Part shown: positions 38,900 to 53,410 of the stretch, one piece after another
Position numbering within the stretch: position 1 is the stretch's first letter
How the letters are laid out: each line of letters starts with the position of its first letter
Origin: Camelus dromedarius
Lineage: Eukaryota
Length of the DNA: 64,000 nt
Direction: 5' to 3'
Assembly (NCBI RefSeq): GCF_036321535.1
Contig: NC_087436.1
Location: forward strand, 115,384,001-115,448,000
Notes under the pieces: generated by a model
What the model saw: the letters and a program-made list of their open reading frames with translations, nothing else
What the model was told of the DNA's origin: nothing
The model's database searches: none
Made by a program: the position numbers and the translations under genes

Positions 38900-40130
38900 G
38901 CACTGATCATTTACTAATCTCTCTAACAAATATGTATTGAAACTTTCCTATATTCTAGATCCTGGTTTAGATATTGGAAAAATAGCACCGAACAAGAAAA
39001 TATCACCAATTTTACAGAGTTCACCCTCCAGCGTGAAAGACAGTGAGTGAGCGAACTGATAAATAAAGCCAGCACACATGTTTATGGTATTTACCATGTG
39101 CCAGGGACTGATCTAGACAGTGACTCATTTAATCCTAAAAGCAAACATCTGCAGAAGACACATTTATTTTCGTTCCCATTTTTCATTTGAGTCAGGAAGG
39201 TTTTAAATAAGTTACAGGCATTACTATGTGGCAGAGCTGGGATTCAATTCTGAGAAGATTGTTTTTCCAAACCTTGTCTTTTACTGCTGTTTCTTTAAAC
39301 ACATAAGGAACTTAACTTGAGTGTTTAGCTGCATAGAGAGGTAGGAAAATAGTTGCTTTTCATTCATGGCAAGCAACTGGATGCTACTCAAAATATAACG
39401 GGCAGCTATTAGAAGGTTTTAAACAAGAGAGTGATGAAAACATTTTAGGCTTTATAAATTTAATCTAAGGGTTACTTGCGGGGAAAGATTCAGGGAGAAC
39501 TGCTGAGAAACTATGGAAAAAGAGATAGAATTTGATTTTGGACGTTCTCCTGGAAAACGATGAAACCTTGGACCTAGTGGTGATGATGGAGACAGTGAGA
39601 ATGTGTTGATTGGGATCCATATGGATGTTCAGTCTATACAGCTTGTTAATGGGTTCAAGGTCAAGGGAAGAGAGCCATCAAGAATGAATTCTATGTTCTT
39701 GTCTTGAGCAACCACATGGGAGGTGGTGCTATGATTGGTGGTAGAAAAATGACCAGCGTGGTGTATAGGGAATGAGAGTTTTGTATTAGAATTGATAAGT
39801 CTGATGTGTACCTGAAGTCTGCTTAGATACACATTTCTGGAGTTTAGTGAAAAGTTGATGGCTAGTGATTAAAAATTGGATCTAAAATTATATAGTGGTC
39901 TTTAAAAACATGAGATCGAGCAAATTCTTATAGTGATAAAATGTAGCTAGGAAAAAGGAAGAACTTTTAGGACCAAACTCTGAGGGCTTTAACACATTTT
40001 TGAGTCAAAGAAAGGAGATAGCAAAGGAGAGTGGAGAACGAATGGGTAGTGAGGTCAGAGGAAAAATTCAAGGAAGGGAGAATAGAAGCCAAAAGAAGAG
40101 TTTGTGCCACTAAATTGTCCTAAAAGTCAT
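38900..40130 (-). mobile_element. L2 LINE (with MIR insertion ~39070-39290)
   Basis: 'aacaaatatgtattga', 'gaaggttttaaacaagagagtga', 'ttgtcttgagcaacc', 'gaagccaaaagaagag'. Confidence 0.75.
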
Positions 40131-43100
40131 CCTGCCAGATAAGTATTATCATCATTCACGTTTAATATATAAGAATAGGGAGGTTCCAGGTGGTAAATAA
40201 CTTGCTCAGTGTCACACATACTGGGATATAATCCACATTTTAGATCATACATTTATATTTTTATTATATCTATGATATAGATCCTTCATATTATTATATA
40301 ACATATATCTTTCATATTAATATAATATATAACCTTCATATCAACTCTCCAAACAGTACTAGTACTAGGACTTCAATCAAGTGCATATACAAAGCATTGC
40401 TGATGCTAAAGAGGGACTTAATATTGATTTTTCCCTAAAACAGTATAAAAAGGGTAATACTGTCCTTGAAACTGACAAATAATAAGGGGTTTCTCAGAAA
40501 TGGCTGGAAAACATGGCAAGCATTCTGGACAGAGAAATTCTACTGAGAAGTATAATGAGCAAAGCCCTTGTGGATAGAAGTACATTGTATTAAGGTTGTG
40601 TGTGTGTGTGTTTGTGTGTCTTTTCCCTAGGGAATGACTCATTATCTGCAGTATGTCAAGTATAGGAGCAGGAAGGCAGTGACTTGAAAAGACTTGAAAG
40701 AAATATGAGATCAAATTTTGTATCTTTTTTATCACGCGAATGAGTTTGCACTGTAATCTGTAGGCACACTAGGGAGACTGAAAGTTTATCAGCCAGAGTA
40801 GCAGGTTAGAGTCACCTGCGGTGAACATAATTTTGACTCCTAGAGTAAATAACTAATTTTTCTTGGTTCAGCATTCTTAATTTGAGGGAAAGCCTTGCTC
40901 CACAATTAACTGGTTCTAATGGGACTATTGATCATTACACCTTCCCTTACTTTGTCTGGAAGGATGAATAATGGTCTCAGATTGAGATGTTTACGGTGCA
41001 CCGACCTCCTGGAGCTATTGCTCCAAAGGAGAAGTGTTCTTTTCTTGTATATTCCACAGCTACCACGAGCTTGAAGCTCCCTTTTCACTGGAGCTGCAAG
41101 TTGGGACTACAGGGAGATAAAACTGCCCTGGTTGGATCCCAAGTTGTCTGAAAGAAGCCTGCAGAAACGGAACCCTGAGCCATCATTCTGGATCTAGTCA
41201 TTCCTGGGACACTTTTCTCACCTAGCCTTCACAGTTAAACTTCACAGTGGGTAATTCCTTTTATCCTCCAGTACCTTTGAGTCCTGTCTACTAGGCTGCA
41301 GTGGGAACACCTGGGAATGTACATTAGCTGGTTACATAAAAAAATCCTGGTAAGAAACAAGGAAGCAGTAAAAATAATAATGCTATAGGGACAAATGTGA
41401 GGCATTGTGGGGGAATCAGACCTTATTTAATTTAACATAAAGACTATCAGGATATTTAGGAAAACTGAAGTGTCTTGTTTGAAAACTGAATGATTATTGA
41501 CCATTCATATGTGACCACGCCACACCTCTGGTAAGACAGAGATGAAAAAGACAGATGAGTATATTTACAGGTTTAAAAGCTTTAAAGGTTTCTGAGTCCT
41601 CATGGACTTTGAAGTATGTGTAGAGGAAGGAATGGGTACAAGCTATAAAAAGGCAGCAACAATGGCTTTGGAGATCAAAGCAATGTCTGAGCTAGAGTGC
41701 AGATTTGGGAAACATTAGTATATTCATGATAAGTGAGCCACGAGAGTTGACTAATGTTTTTAGGGGAAAAAAAAGGAAGAATAGCACAGGGAAAGAGTCA
41801 TAAACACTATTGGAGGAGCTTTGAAAATAGGGGTTAGATTTATACACAGTGTGCCTTGACACTAGCAAAGTGGATTATGTACAAATGAATGACTGTGCTG
41901 GATGCAGTGCTCAGCACGGGGCGTCTACAGTTCCATTTAATCATCCTAAAATGCTCTGAGATGGATTTCCATCTCTACCTTCATTTTACAAGGAAAGTGA
42001 TAAACTCACGTGCAGTGTAAATTTGCTAAACCTCTGAAGTTTTATGAGTCTATGTCCAGTTTTGCACTTCTGCATGTGTGCTTAATTAAAAGAAAATAAT
42101 CAAAAAGGTGCTGGTACCAACAATTCTTAAACATGTCTCTACATCTCTTTTAAAATTATGCAATCATCTTAAGGTCACTTGTGTACTGTGGTTGTGTGTG
42201 TGTGGTCCATGAAGTCCTGAGGGGGCATGTTAGCTGCTCCAGTGTCCAGTCAAAACCATCAGGCAGTGATCAGCATTGACTTTCACTGTAGAGCCATCCT
42301 GATTTACTGGCCGTGTTGCTTCTTATTTGGTGCTCTTGGAGTCAATTCATTTTTCAAAGATGATTTAAAGCATTAACCAAAGTAATTTTGGCTAAAAATA
42401 TGAAGATTTAGTAGATGTACAGAAATAATTAATTTTTAATTAGTTTTTTAGTACTATTGGTGACTATAATTATTTAAGTTATTGTGAAAGAAATGGACTC
42501 AATGGAAAAAAGCTGCACTTGGCATTAAACAAATGAATCCACAGTTGGGAAGTGCTAGTTCATTGTTCTTATATGCTTCTGTTTAAATACTTTTATATGT
42601 ACTAGAGAACACAGCCATTCATGATTAAAAAATAAATCAACAAATAAACACCAGCATAGTCTAATTTAGTCTGAGAATATTACTTGAATGTACTCTGCTT
42701 AGGATGTGAGCTTTAAAAAAATATCCTTTTTAATTTATTTTTCTAGTCCTAGGAAAGCTCACTTTAGGAACAATTAATCATATTAATTAAGTGATACCAT
42801 GCAACAAAGCAATGCACTTGAAATTGAAAATAACCAAGTAGATAATCATTAACTATTCAATGATGGTTACATATTTGACAAATACGTGATGCAATTTGAA
42901 AGTGAAACCAAAACAACAGAAAGACACAGGGGAAAATGAATGTTTGCCTTTTACCCTATTAGGTATAGTCACACTCCACTGGAAAAGTAGGCAGTAACTC
43001 ATTTATCCCTCTAAGACTCTTTTCAGAAAACATCATTAGGAATTAAAGATTCATTATTTTATTTCACTCCTTATTAATATCAATAAGATGCAAAATGTGC

Positions 43101-44809
43101 TGTGGGCTTTGGTTTGACTCAGGAGAGAAAAAGACTTATTGCCAAGAATTTGACTCCCTATGGCTCTGTTAGTTTGACCAGTTCCTTGCATTTTTATGAC
43201 CTTCCATTTCTTCAAGTATGAATGTGGAATGTGAAGCCTTTAGCCCCAGATTTTTCTAATACTTTTGATGCAAGAACCAACGGCCATAAGGATGGCCATC
43301 ATTTATGTATGTCCAAAACTATCACATGCACGTGTCTTTGTGCATTTAGAGGGGATGACACAGACATTTCCAGGAGGGAGTCTGGCTGGTCCCTGGGACA
43401 AGGGCGCATCCAATGCCCACTTCTTAGAGAGAATGTTCCTTTCTGAAAGTGTGCTCTCATGCTTTGCAGGTCTAGACATTTGCTATTTTGGTGGTGTATT
43501 TTCAGTCAGGATTTACTCATGTTCAGAAGAGACTGATAAACAGACACAAAAACCTTTAATTTATAATAAATGCTAACCTTTTAGATATAGCTATTTATCT
43601 AGGCTTCTCCACTCTGGTATATCCTGGAAGCGACATAAATCATCAGAGGGTAACTTATTTATTACAGAATTAGTGCAAAGTGATAGTATCAAGGGGATAG
43701 TTCATCCTGACGAACTACTGCAACCACACCCCTCTCAGGTTGTGAGATGTTTGGGTCTGGCCAATTCCACCTAAAACAAAATACTAAAGATAAATCTGCA
43801 CTTTCCTGTTCTCGGCCTCTTCCTTTCGTAATCTCTACGCTTTCCTCTTTCATTAAGATCATTTTCTCAGAAAATGCCTTTCTGTTACCACGTTAGTCAT
43901 GCTAATTAAAACAATGTTTTCTCCAAAGTCATCTCTGCTCCAGCAGACAATCTTTTGAATTAATTCTACACAGATGATTCACATTATCATTAATTTAGGA
44001 AGCAAAAGCTAATTTTAGTTCAAATTATGGAGACAAGCCACTTTTAAACAAATCTGCACTTATAACTAAAATGTGTTTACTATTTTTATTATTCCTCCAA
44101 TTATTTGCTCTACTTAGTTCATTCCATGTTAGGTATTGTATGGAATTTTCTTATTTAGTTTTTAGAGACTTCGAATTGAAGCTTAGAGACTGAAACTTAG
44201 ATAAACTGAGTAACTTATTTAAGGTTAGAAGCCAGGAAGTTATCACAGATGAGACTTGAATCTAGGTTGAGCACAGAGTTTAACTTTTTAGCCATTATGT
44301 AATTTTTAAAAATCTTCATATCATTTGATAGTATATCCAAGAGTCCTTTATGGGTTCGTATGTAAAATGATCATTTACTATCTCCATGACAAAAATAATA
44401 TTATATCATCTGGATTGATTTGTGCTCACTCACTCACATACTATGTTATTTTCTCCAAATGCTTTTATCAAAGGGTGTGCTTGATTCTCTTGTTTCTTTT
44501 TTAAAATTATTTGTTGACTATTTGGAGGGACAGTATTGTCCGTGAGCAGAGCAGAATTCTGGAGTAAGATAAACTTGTCTCATGGCTCCTTCACTTTATT
44601 AAATTATGTAACCTCCATGCTTCAACATAACTAAAATGGAAAGTTTACTATTTTAACTCATGATTTCACTGCTAGGCACTGGAGTCCAAACTAAAAAAAA
44701 AAAAAAAAAGTAAAATGCAGGTTGTAGCTCTCATGGAGAGAATAACTTATTAAGGAAGATACGTGATAATTAAATAAAATTATACTGTTAAAAGGAACAA
44801 GAACATAAG

Positions 44810-44990
44810 CAGTTCTGTGCTGGTAAACTACCTCTATGGACAGAAAAAAAAATTTATAATGTTGACTGGTTCCCATGATACATACATTCCCACCACGACC
44901 AATTTCAAGCTACCAAATTGCTCACAAATTCCCTGCATATTTTATAATCTGCCCTTATGATCCAGTAGAAGCAGGTTTCTATCACCATTG
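44810..44990 (-). mobile_element. MER63-like hAT-Blackjack inserted in a MIR
   Basis: 'tgtgctggtaaa...ttcccaccacgaccaatttcaagctaccaa'. Confidence 0.75.
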
Positions 44991-46889
44991 AGTTTTCAGT
45001 AGGAAGGGTTTTCCTATCAAGGCACCTCCATGACCATCAAAAGGACTAATTGAGTTAGCACATGTAAATTACCTAATGCAATTTTTTAATTACAGAACTC
45101 AAATGGAAAAAAAAAATTATAAACACCAATGGCTTTTTATTCCATGCGTCTACTTAAGATATTGCTCGCCTCTGTTTAATAAGTTTAAGATCTATGTCTT
45201 AAAGGTTAGGTTAAAGGCTAGAATTTTTTCTATCTGAATTGGAAGCCCTTTATAGATTCTGGTTTAAATTACATGAAAAAGCATTTGTATTTGTGCTTTA
45301 GGAGTCAGAATATATAAGAAACAGAAGGCAAAAAGGTTTTTAAAAGTCCCAGGAGCAAAGAATAATATACATGCTGTGATCAATAGATGGGATAAAATGG
45401 TCATCTACAGGGCATTAATTTTCTCCTAGCATTCATGGTCCTCCCTGGAGAGTAAATAAAATCAACATTTTTCCAAACCTCTGTGTTGAAACTTTCATTT
45501 ATCTTTTGCCATCCTAACTTTGTTTTTTTTTTTTCTCATTTCACTTTTCTAATATCCTTTTCAAATTCATTATAATTTCATTCTTACTCCCTATTTCCCT
45601 TGGCTTTCCATCAGATTCTTGGTTTTCATTTCTTTCTCCTTTATCTTATATCATCACTATTCTTTCTTCGTCTTCATTTTCTTGCTGCTATTATTTTAAT
45701 TGTATTTAGCAAAATGCAAGTCTCTGATTTCTGCTTTAATTTCAGATTGGAGGCAATGTGTGAGGTATAATTTGCATGTAAGAAAACACATGGATCTTAT
45801 GCATACAGTTGGATGAATGCTGACAAATGTGTATGTCCATGTAACAACCACCTCAATTAAAGTAAAGACATATTTATACCCCAGAAGTTTCCTTAATATT
45901 CCTTTCCACGTGATCCTGTGCCCCAAGGCAATTATTGTCCTGATGTCCATCACCATAGGTAAGTTTAGCCTACTCCTGAATTCCATACAAATGTAATCAG
46001 GAGTATATATTCTTTTGTGCTTGGCTTTTGCAAATTAAATATAATATTTTGCAAATAATTAATTTTGTTGCCTTTTTCAATGGTTTATTCTGTATTTGCT
46101 GAGTAATATATCATTGTATGAATATATTATAATTTATGTGTTCTCTCAGTGATTTAAATTTATGTTGTTTTCACTTTAGGCCACTTGTGCCTAATATTTC
46201 CGTGAACATCTTTAAGTCTCATCTAAGATATATGTTTGTATTTTTTTTTTTGGTGGAGGCATACGTAGTGTGGAGTTAAAAATGATAGACTGGAGGTTAG
46301 ATGTTATAAGAAACCTTCAAACCATTTTCCAAAACGGGATGACATTCTAACTCTTATCAGCAATATATGAAATTCCAGTTACTCCACATCCGCACTGCAT
46401 TTGGCGCTTTTTGGCTTTTTAATTTTAGCCATTCCAGTGGGTATCCAGTGATATCTTATTGCAGTTTTAAATTGGAATTTCCTGAAGACTGATGCTGTTA
46501 AGCCTGTTTTCATGTGCTTGTTGACTTTCATATATTTTCTTTTGTGAAGTTTCATTTTTGCTGGTTTTTTAAATGGGTTGCTTCTGTGTTTTTTTTTTTA
46601 ATTGATTTGTAGAAGCTCTTTATATATTCCCACTATGAGTTCCTTAGCAGATATATGTATTATGAATGCTTTTTATCAATCTTTCATGTGCCTTTTCATT
46701 TGTCCACTTTTGAGGAGCAGAGTTTTTACATTTGATTGAGTCTAAAGAGTAAGAAGGTAAATAAAATATATACACATGCATGTGTACATATATATGTTTG
46801 CATATGATAAGTAGATAGATGATAGATAGATGATAGATAGACAGACAGTCCTTTGTGTCCTAAGATATCTGTACCTACAGAGATATAAT

Positions 46890-48215
46890 CTGTGTCATTT
46901 GGGATTTCAGTGCAGAGAGAATAAAACAATTAGAATTGCAAAAAGATTTTTGGAGATTTGCATCTATTAAAGAAAATGGATAAAAGCAAGATGAGGCAAA
47001 GATTATCAGATCCGCATTTCATAAAATTTAGATGCAGTTCTGATAATCTGCCAATTCAACAGAGAATTCCAAAGAAAAATTGTCAGTTAGAAGAGTCCCA
47101 TGTTGGGCAGACAAGGATAGACTATTGCTCCGTAGTCTTGATCTCATTGCCTGGGACCACCCTGAGTGGACTGTAACCTTGGAGGGTGATCCAAATGGTA
47201 CAAGCTGTTCAGGTATAGGCTGTACCAAGTCTGCTGCAGCCCACTCCTTGTGTATATCCACAGCTTCATAAACACTTGGGGAGAAGCTCCTTCAATGTTC
47301 CGGTTGGCCTTGCCTCCTGAGAGGAGACAGATTCGAAAAGTTAGTGGGGTACAGTACAACCCTGTACAGTTTCTTTAGTTGATTTTTGGCTGCAACTGAT
47401 AATTCATCAACTCCTTTCACTGTCATTCTACGTTCCCCTTGCTCTAAGCTCTCACCTTTGCTAATCTCAGTGGTCATTTGGTACTGTCATGCAAACTGTC
47501 ATTCCTGGAAGTGACTGAGTGCTTGGTTACGATACTCATCTCGGGCTAGGCTTTATGCACATGGCCATTCACGGATGATGACCCCCATTCTTACCTTGGA
47601 CCCTGGACACGAGGAATCCAAAGTATCCACTGGAAACCATAGATTCTAGTTGAATTGAACACTTGCTGCACCCTCTCTCCACTGTTTTTAGAGTCCAAGT
47701 CCAGGTATGGATGCAGTAGAGTTCTGCCCATTGCAGGCACTTACTTAGTGAACTGACTCATGTATAAGTGAATCTTGGACTTTTTCTCTTTTATCAGCTT
47801 TCATACAGGAACCCTGAGTAGATGTGAGTAGAGAAAAGGGTTCTGATGAAGCTACGTAGGGTAACGGGAGGACCTATAACATGATAGCATGTTCATGAAG
47901 CTTGCATGTGTCCTCTGGCCATGCTTGGTGTCTGTTCTTATATACTATTTCCATCTTATTATTGATGGCTGCTGAGCACACACCACATTTTGACTTGGTG
48001 GGTATGGTAGGACAAAGTTCCCTATGGAAAGTTCTGAATGCATCATCACTTAGTATCCTAGAGTCATGCCTTCCGTCTCTACCAGGACCCACTAGAATGC
48101 CAGGGACTGTTTATCCAAAAGTATGCCTTTCTTCAAAGCATAGAGCATAGCTTTGCTCCAGAAATACAGCAGTCTCCTTTGTGATTCCCCCACAGGGACT
48201 TACCATAAATTCCAC
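46890..48215 (-). mobile_element. Second ERV-L-class remnant: RNase H region, 3' internal tail and probable 3' LTR (~46890-47300)
   Basis: Minus translation WNLW*VPVGESQRRLLYFWSKAM...WVLVETEGMTLG...AQQPSIIRWK...KLHE (~47890-48215), collinear with HERV-L Pol WSLWQAPIGESQRRPLGFWSKA...WALVETE...AQQHSIIKWKW. Confidence 0.85.
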
Positions 48216-48774
48216 ACAGTGTCTTATTTTTGTCTAGTTTCCTAGCATAATGTTTTTGAGATTCCTTTATGTTGTTGCATGTGTTGAGTTATTTCTATTT
48301 ACAGCTGAATATTATTTAATTATATGAATATACAAAAATTTTTAAATTTATTTTCCTGTAGATGAGCAATGGGGTTGTTTCTGATTTGGGGTTATTATAA
48401 ATAAAGCAGCTGTAAAGTACTCTTGTATAAACATATTTTTTGATCTTCTTTTGTGTAAATACCTAACAGTGAAATTTCTGGGTCATAGGACAGATCTTTG
48501 GAAAACTTTATAAGAAATTGCCAAATAGATTCCCAAAGTGGTTATAACATTTTGACTCTGACCAGCTTTGTATGAGAATTATACCTGTTCTACCTCCTTC
48601 TCAACATTGGCTATTATTGATCTTTTCAAATTTCAGCCCTTCAGGTGGGTATGTAGTCCTTTTATAGTGGCTTTAAGTTGATGTTTCCCTGATGACTCAA
48701 GATATTTAAAACCTTTACATGTGTTACTCTTTTGAGAAGTTTCAATATTTTGTCACTTTCCCCCATCAGTACGA

Positions 48775-49121
48775 TATAGTTGAGGATGGATCCCTAGACA
48801 TCAAATGTGGTTTGGATTTTCAGATCAGTACTGCCACGCATGACAAAAGGAGGCTCTCTTGGAAGGACAGAGCAAGGTCTAAAATGGCTTGAGAGAGCAA
48901 GGTAAGGAGGCTGGCGTGGGGTTTCATGGTGGTTGGAGGCTATGGCTGGAGTCATGGTTTCCTTGCACAGTTTGAATTACCTGCAAGCACCAAGGGCAGG
49001 AGGACCTGGGCTTTCTCATCAGCATGTCCAGTTGTGGGGCAGCAGGGGAGGAAAAGAGTAGAGGAGGATTTTAGACTTTCAGCAGTCAAACATCAAAAAT
49101 AGAGTCAAATTCTTTGTTATA
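48775..49121 (-). mobile_element. LTR47-like solo LTR
   Basis: reverse complement begins 'taacaaagaatttgactctatttttgatgtttgactgctga' and contains 'ttgctctctcaagccatttt'. Confidence 0.7.
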
Positions 49122-49815
49122 ATTGTTTGTATTTTTATTGATGGCTTGAGGGAAAATATATGTGTTGAGAACATTTTTCAAGTCTGGTCTTTTCATTTTT
49201 TATATTTCCAAAAAAAATTTATAATTTTCATGAAGTTTAACATAACATTCTTTTTTGCATTTAGTTGGAATGCATTAATTTTACATTTAGTGCTCTTTGC
49301 GATTTGCTTCCAAATCCTTGTCCTTTGCAGTACCATGGAGATATTTTCCTGTCTTTTCTTCTATAAGCTTTTTGAATATGGTTGAGGTCAGGGCTGTACT
49401 CCATTCCAAATTGTTATCTTCTGAATCATATTAGGTCGGATTTGTGTTTTCTGTTGTTGTTTTTCTGTTGTTTTTCTCGGAAGTATTTGTAGGAGTTTAC
49501 TTATGTCTGTGTATGTAGACCCACCTCATCATATTAAGTATGCTGCTTTATTCCATACTTACCTACTCTTTCTTTAATCAAAATAAATGAATCTTTATTG
49601 TACAATTTCTGAGTTTTTCACAAGTGGTTAACAAGATGGAAAGACAGAAACAGAAGAAAGAAAACGAGTGAAGTAATTCTGGGTACATTTAATTCTCATT
49701 ACTTTACCCAATATGGGAAACACATTTAGTAGGTTCTCTTGGGTTTTTAGTTTTGTTTTGTTTTGTTTTTAATTAAAACACTGTCACTAAGAAAAGATGA
49801 CTCTTCAGATACTGT

Positions 49816-50445
49816 ATTTTTTTGTTTTATTTTTATTGAAGTATAGTCCATTTACAATGTTGTATAGATTTCTGATGTACAGCATAATGTTTCAGTCATA
49901 CACGTACATACATATATTCCTTTTCACATTCTTTTTCGTTATAGGTTACTACAAGATGGTGAATATAGTTCCCTGTGCTATACAGTAGAAACTTGTTGTT
50001 TATCTATTTTATATGTAATAGTTAGTATCTACTCATCTCAAATTCCCAATTTATCCCTTCCCATTTCCTTTCCCCCCCAAAACCATAAATTTGTTTTCTA
50101 TGTCTGTGAGTCTGTTTTTGTTTTGTAAGTAAGTTTACCGGGGTCATTTTTTTTCTTTTTTTTACGATTCCACATATGATATCATAGGGTATTTTTCTTT
50201 CTTTTTCTGGCTTACTTCACTTAAGTATGATGATTTCCAGGTCCATCCATGTTGCTGCAAATGGCATTATTTTATTATTTTTGTGTGGCTGAGTAGTATT
50301 CCATTGTCTGTATAAGTAAATGTGTGTGTGTGTGTGTGTGCATGTGTGTGTGTGTATGTGTATGTGTGTGTGTATGTGTATGTATACCACAGCTTCTTTA
50401 TCTAATCATTTGCCGACATTTAAGTTGTTTCCATGTTTTGGCTAT
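49816..50445 (-). mobile_element. Young L1 3' end containing a compound (TG)n repeat
   Basis: 'tttattgaagtatagtccatttacaatgttgt...gttccctgtgctatacagtagaaacttgttg...ccatccatgttgctgcaaatggc'. Confidence 0.92.
50321..50385. repeat. Compound (TG)n/(TGTATG) microsatellite
   Basis: direct reading. Confidence 0.9.
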
Positions 50446-51958
50446 CAAGCTTATGTACTCTTGATAGAAGACAGTTTATTTAGTTACTTCTTTATTAACA
50501 GAATCTTACATTGTCTCCAGTTTTTACATATTTACCAACATACCAAAATGGATACCTCTGCATATGACTCTTTCTGCAGAGATGTAACTGTATCCCTAGG
50601 TAGGTACCAAGAGAGAGAATTACTGGATCAAAATAAAAGCCTTGCAGTAATCACGTGAACTTCAGCATGGCTGCATGAACTTAGACTCTTCTGCACTGAA
50701 TATGAGTAACACGTTCCCTCTATATTCTCTCCCATACGTTCAAGTGCATTTTACCATTTCTATCCTGTAAATTTGCTGCTGCTGTCTTCTTTAAAATGTT
50801 TATTGGGATCCATTTATCTTTCCATATTTTCTTTTCCCTCTTTTATTCACTGCCATCATCCCAACTTTATAACTGACATAATGTCTTCACATCTCCATCT
50901 CATTTTATTCTCACAGCAATTCTAGAAAATAGGCAGAACAGCAATTTTTGGTAATGAAGTTTGAGAGAAAAGATTTCAATATAAATGTTCAGCTGTAATA
51001 CAATAACATGTAAATACACTTAGAAGTGAAGTTCTATCACATTTATGTATATTTAATGTTTTAACATTTTGTTTTGCTATTTCCTGAAAATATTTCTTAT
51101 TTCTAAACCCAGTTGTATCCACTGCTCAGTAGAAAAATATCTTAATTCAAGGACAATTGAGATAGTTTCTTTATTTTAAATATTAGACAGCTTTCTCTCT
51201 GAGAATACTTCTTTTTTTTTGCATATGCTATTAATTGTCTTCACAGTTCCCTAAATTCAGAACCCAAAATCATCTGCCTTATTATTGCTTAAAACAGTAT
51301 AATATCATCTGCCTGAAAGTTACATAAAAACTTCTGAGACTTTAATTAAATTTTTATTCTTTTCTTGCTGTAATAGAAATGGAATTTTTCTTAGATAAAA
51401 TATACCTATAAACTTGACCCTGAAATTAGCAGATTAAAGAGTGTAATGCAATTTTTAACAAGCTATTATAGGAAACCAATAGGCAAGATGTGACAATGGG
51501 CTGCAAAATATAATTTTTGGCCCTGTCCCTAAATTTCAAACTAATTAGACCTTTGGAAAGTTTGGTGCTGTCTTAAGTAAAGGCAGACTGAATGCCTGAT
51601 GGAGTATACAACTCTGGCCACACTGAGTCCCATTTTTTCATGGATATTTTTGCCAATAATTCTAAGCACCTCCACTACTCAAGTATTTTGTAATCATAAT
51701 ATATCTTTCCTTTGCCGAATTATGCATCTTAATACTCACCTTTTTGTTGATTCTTTCTTCTTTTTTCTTATCCTTATGTTTCTAAGATTTTCATAGCTCA
51801 GTTCACTTACTGTAAGCTGTCTCACTGCCAACCTGAGAATATCAAAGACCTTTGCTCCACCATCAGAGTAACTCTGGACTGTGTTGTGCTTCTTAGACCA
51901 GGGCTAGCAACCAGGCAAGACTGGCTCTCACTCAAGTGATGGTGTACATTTTGCTCTT

Positions 51959-52425
51959 GTGTACTAGTCAAGGTTCTCCAGAGAATATAACCAACAGAAT
52001 ATACAGATAGAGATTTGGATAAAGATAGATATGGAGAGACAGAGAGAGAGCAAGAGAGAGGGAGAGAGAGAGAGAGTTTAATAAATTAACTCATGCAATT
52101 GTGGGTGTGGGTAAATCCCAAAATCATAGGGAAGACCAGCAGGATGAAAACTCAAGCAGGGTGTCTCTCTTTTTGTCTTATTGAGGCAGAAATTCTTCTT
52201 TAGGAAGCCTCAGTCTTTGTTCTTAAGGTCTTCAACTGATTGGATGAGGCCCACCCACCAGAAGTGTTTTACTTAAAATCCACTGATTTAAATGTTAGTC
52301 ACATCCAAAAACAAAAATAAAAACAAAAAAACAAAAAAACTTCATAGCAGCATTTAGACTGGTGTTTTGCCAAACAACTAAGCACCATAGTTTAGACAAG
52401 TTGAAACATAAAATTAACCAGCACA
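51959..52425 (-). mobile_element. MLT2 (ERV-L) LTR with internal (GA)n
   Basis: 'tagtcaaggttctccagagaa...cttcaactgattggatgaggcccacc...gacaagttgaaacataaaattaacca'. Confidence 0.92.
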
Positions 52426-52779
52426 CTCTGCAATATGACTCAAGGCTTAATATTCCAGGGAAAAATGAAAAGAATGAGGAATAAAACAAAAACAGAAGAA
52501 AAGATAAACAAAACCTAGAAACAAAGTCACACAAACACAGAAGCCTGATACTTTAATTATCTTAACACATTTTGTACTTAAAATTTATCAGAAATTAACC
52601 TGTATATTTGCATGTTTTTACTTCTCATTTAATTTCTTAATTTTATAAAATTACCAAAAATAGTATGATATCCAGTTTTTCAGTGCAAGGAACCGAAGCT
52701 CATACAGGTTTAAAATGTATCTATAATCACACAGTCAACAAAGAAAATGTACTTGAAAATGTACTATCTGAAGATGATC

Positions 52780-53410
52780 AAAAGAATGTAGGAAGTTTGA
52801 TCTGGCAAGAATCCTTGGATGAGGAAGGTTAACCTCTTTAATTTATGAAAGAAGAATAGGGAGAAGCATCTGAAGGTACTTGTAAAGGGTTAATCACAAC
52901 GGAATGTATGCTGGTTATGGAGGGAAGTGAAAAGAGGAGGAATTGATTCATGGTAAAGAAATGATTGGAGTTAACAGATTTGGAGAAGTGAAGAATTGCT
53001 GTGATGGAATGGTGGGGTGAGAGCTGTGAAATTATGGTGTGAGAGCAATGACCTTATTTATGTTGTAAGATCCGGGTGTGAGATGGTAGAAGTAGAAGGC
53101 TGGAGGCTTGGAGAAAAAGGTTTCTGTAAAAGGGAAAGAAATTGAGAAGCCTGGCAATGGATGAGTTACCTACTTGCATATTGATGAGTCTGAATTGTGA
53201 TAAGATTAGTGGCAGGGAGGAAGATTCTGGAGACAGCAGCCAGTGCCTTCAATGGAAGGAAATGACAGTATGCTTCATACATAAGCACATCTAGATAGTG
53301 TAGCTAGGCTTATAGTCCTGTGGTTCAACCTTCAAAATAACTGGAGGTGGAATGAATAAGGAAGTAAGAAGAATATTTAGGAAGTGGTAATGACCCAGGG
53401 CACTGGAGTG
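52780..53410 (-). mobile_element. L2 LINE remnant
   Basis: purine-rich antisense L2-like sequence ('ggatgagttacctacttgcatattga', 'gccagtgccttcaatgga'). Confidence 0.5.

Larger units (their letters stand above)
45745..49385 (-). mobile_element. Old L1M fragments (45745-46740, 48215-48770, 49120-49385) interrupted by LTR elements
   Basis: 'ccatgtaacaaccacc', 'ttccagttactccacatcc', 'ttttagccattc', 'ttttcatgtgctt', 'ttgccaaatagattcccaaagtggtt'. Confidence 0.8.

Noticed and set aside
40245..40342. Degenerate ~25-bp AT-rich tandem units (cttcatatta...)
   Set aside because: Low-complexity slippage; not CRISPR-like, no unique spacers
46958..48150. Cluster of overlapping short ORFs
   Set aside because: All lie within the ERV-L LTR and internal remnant
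50320..50658. 112-aa ORF starting MCVCVCV
   Set aside because: (TG)n repeat inside an L1
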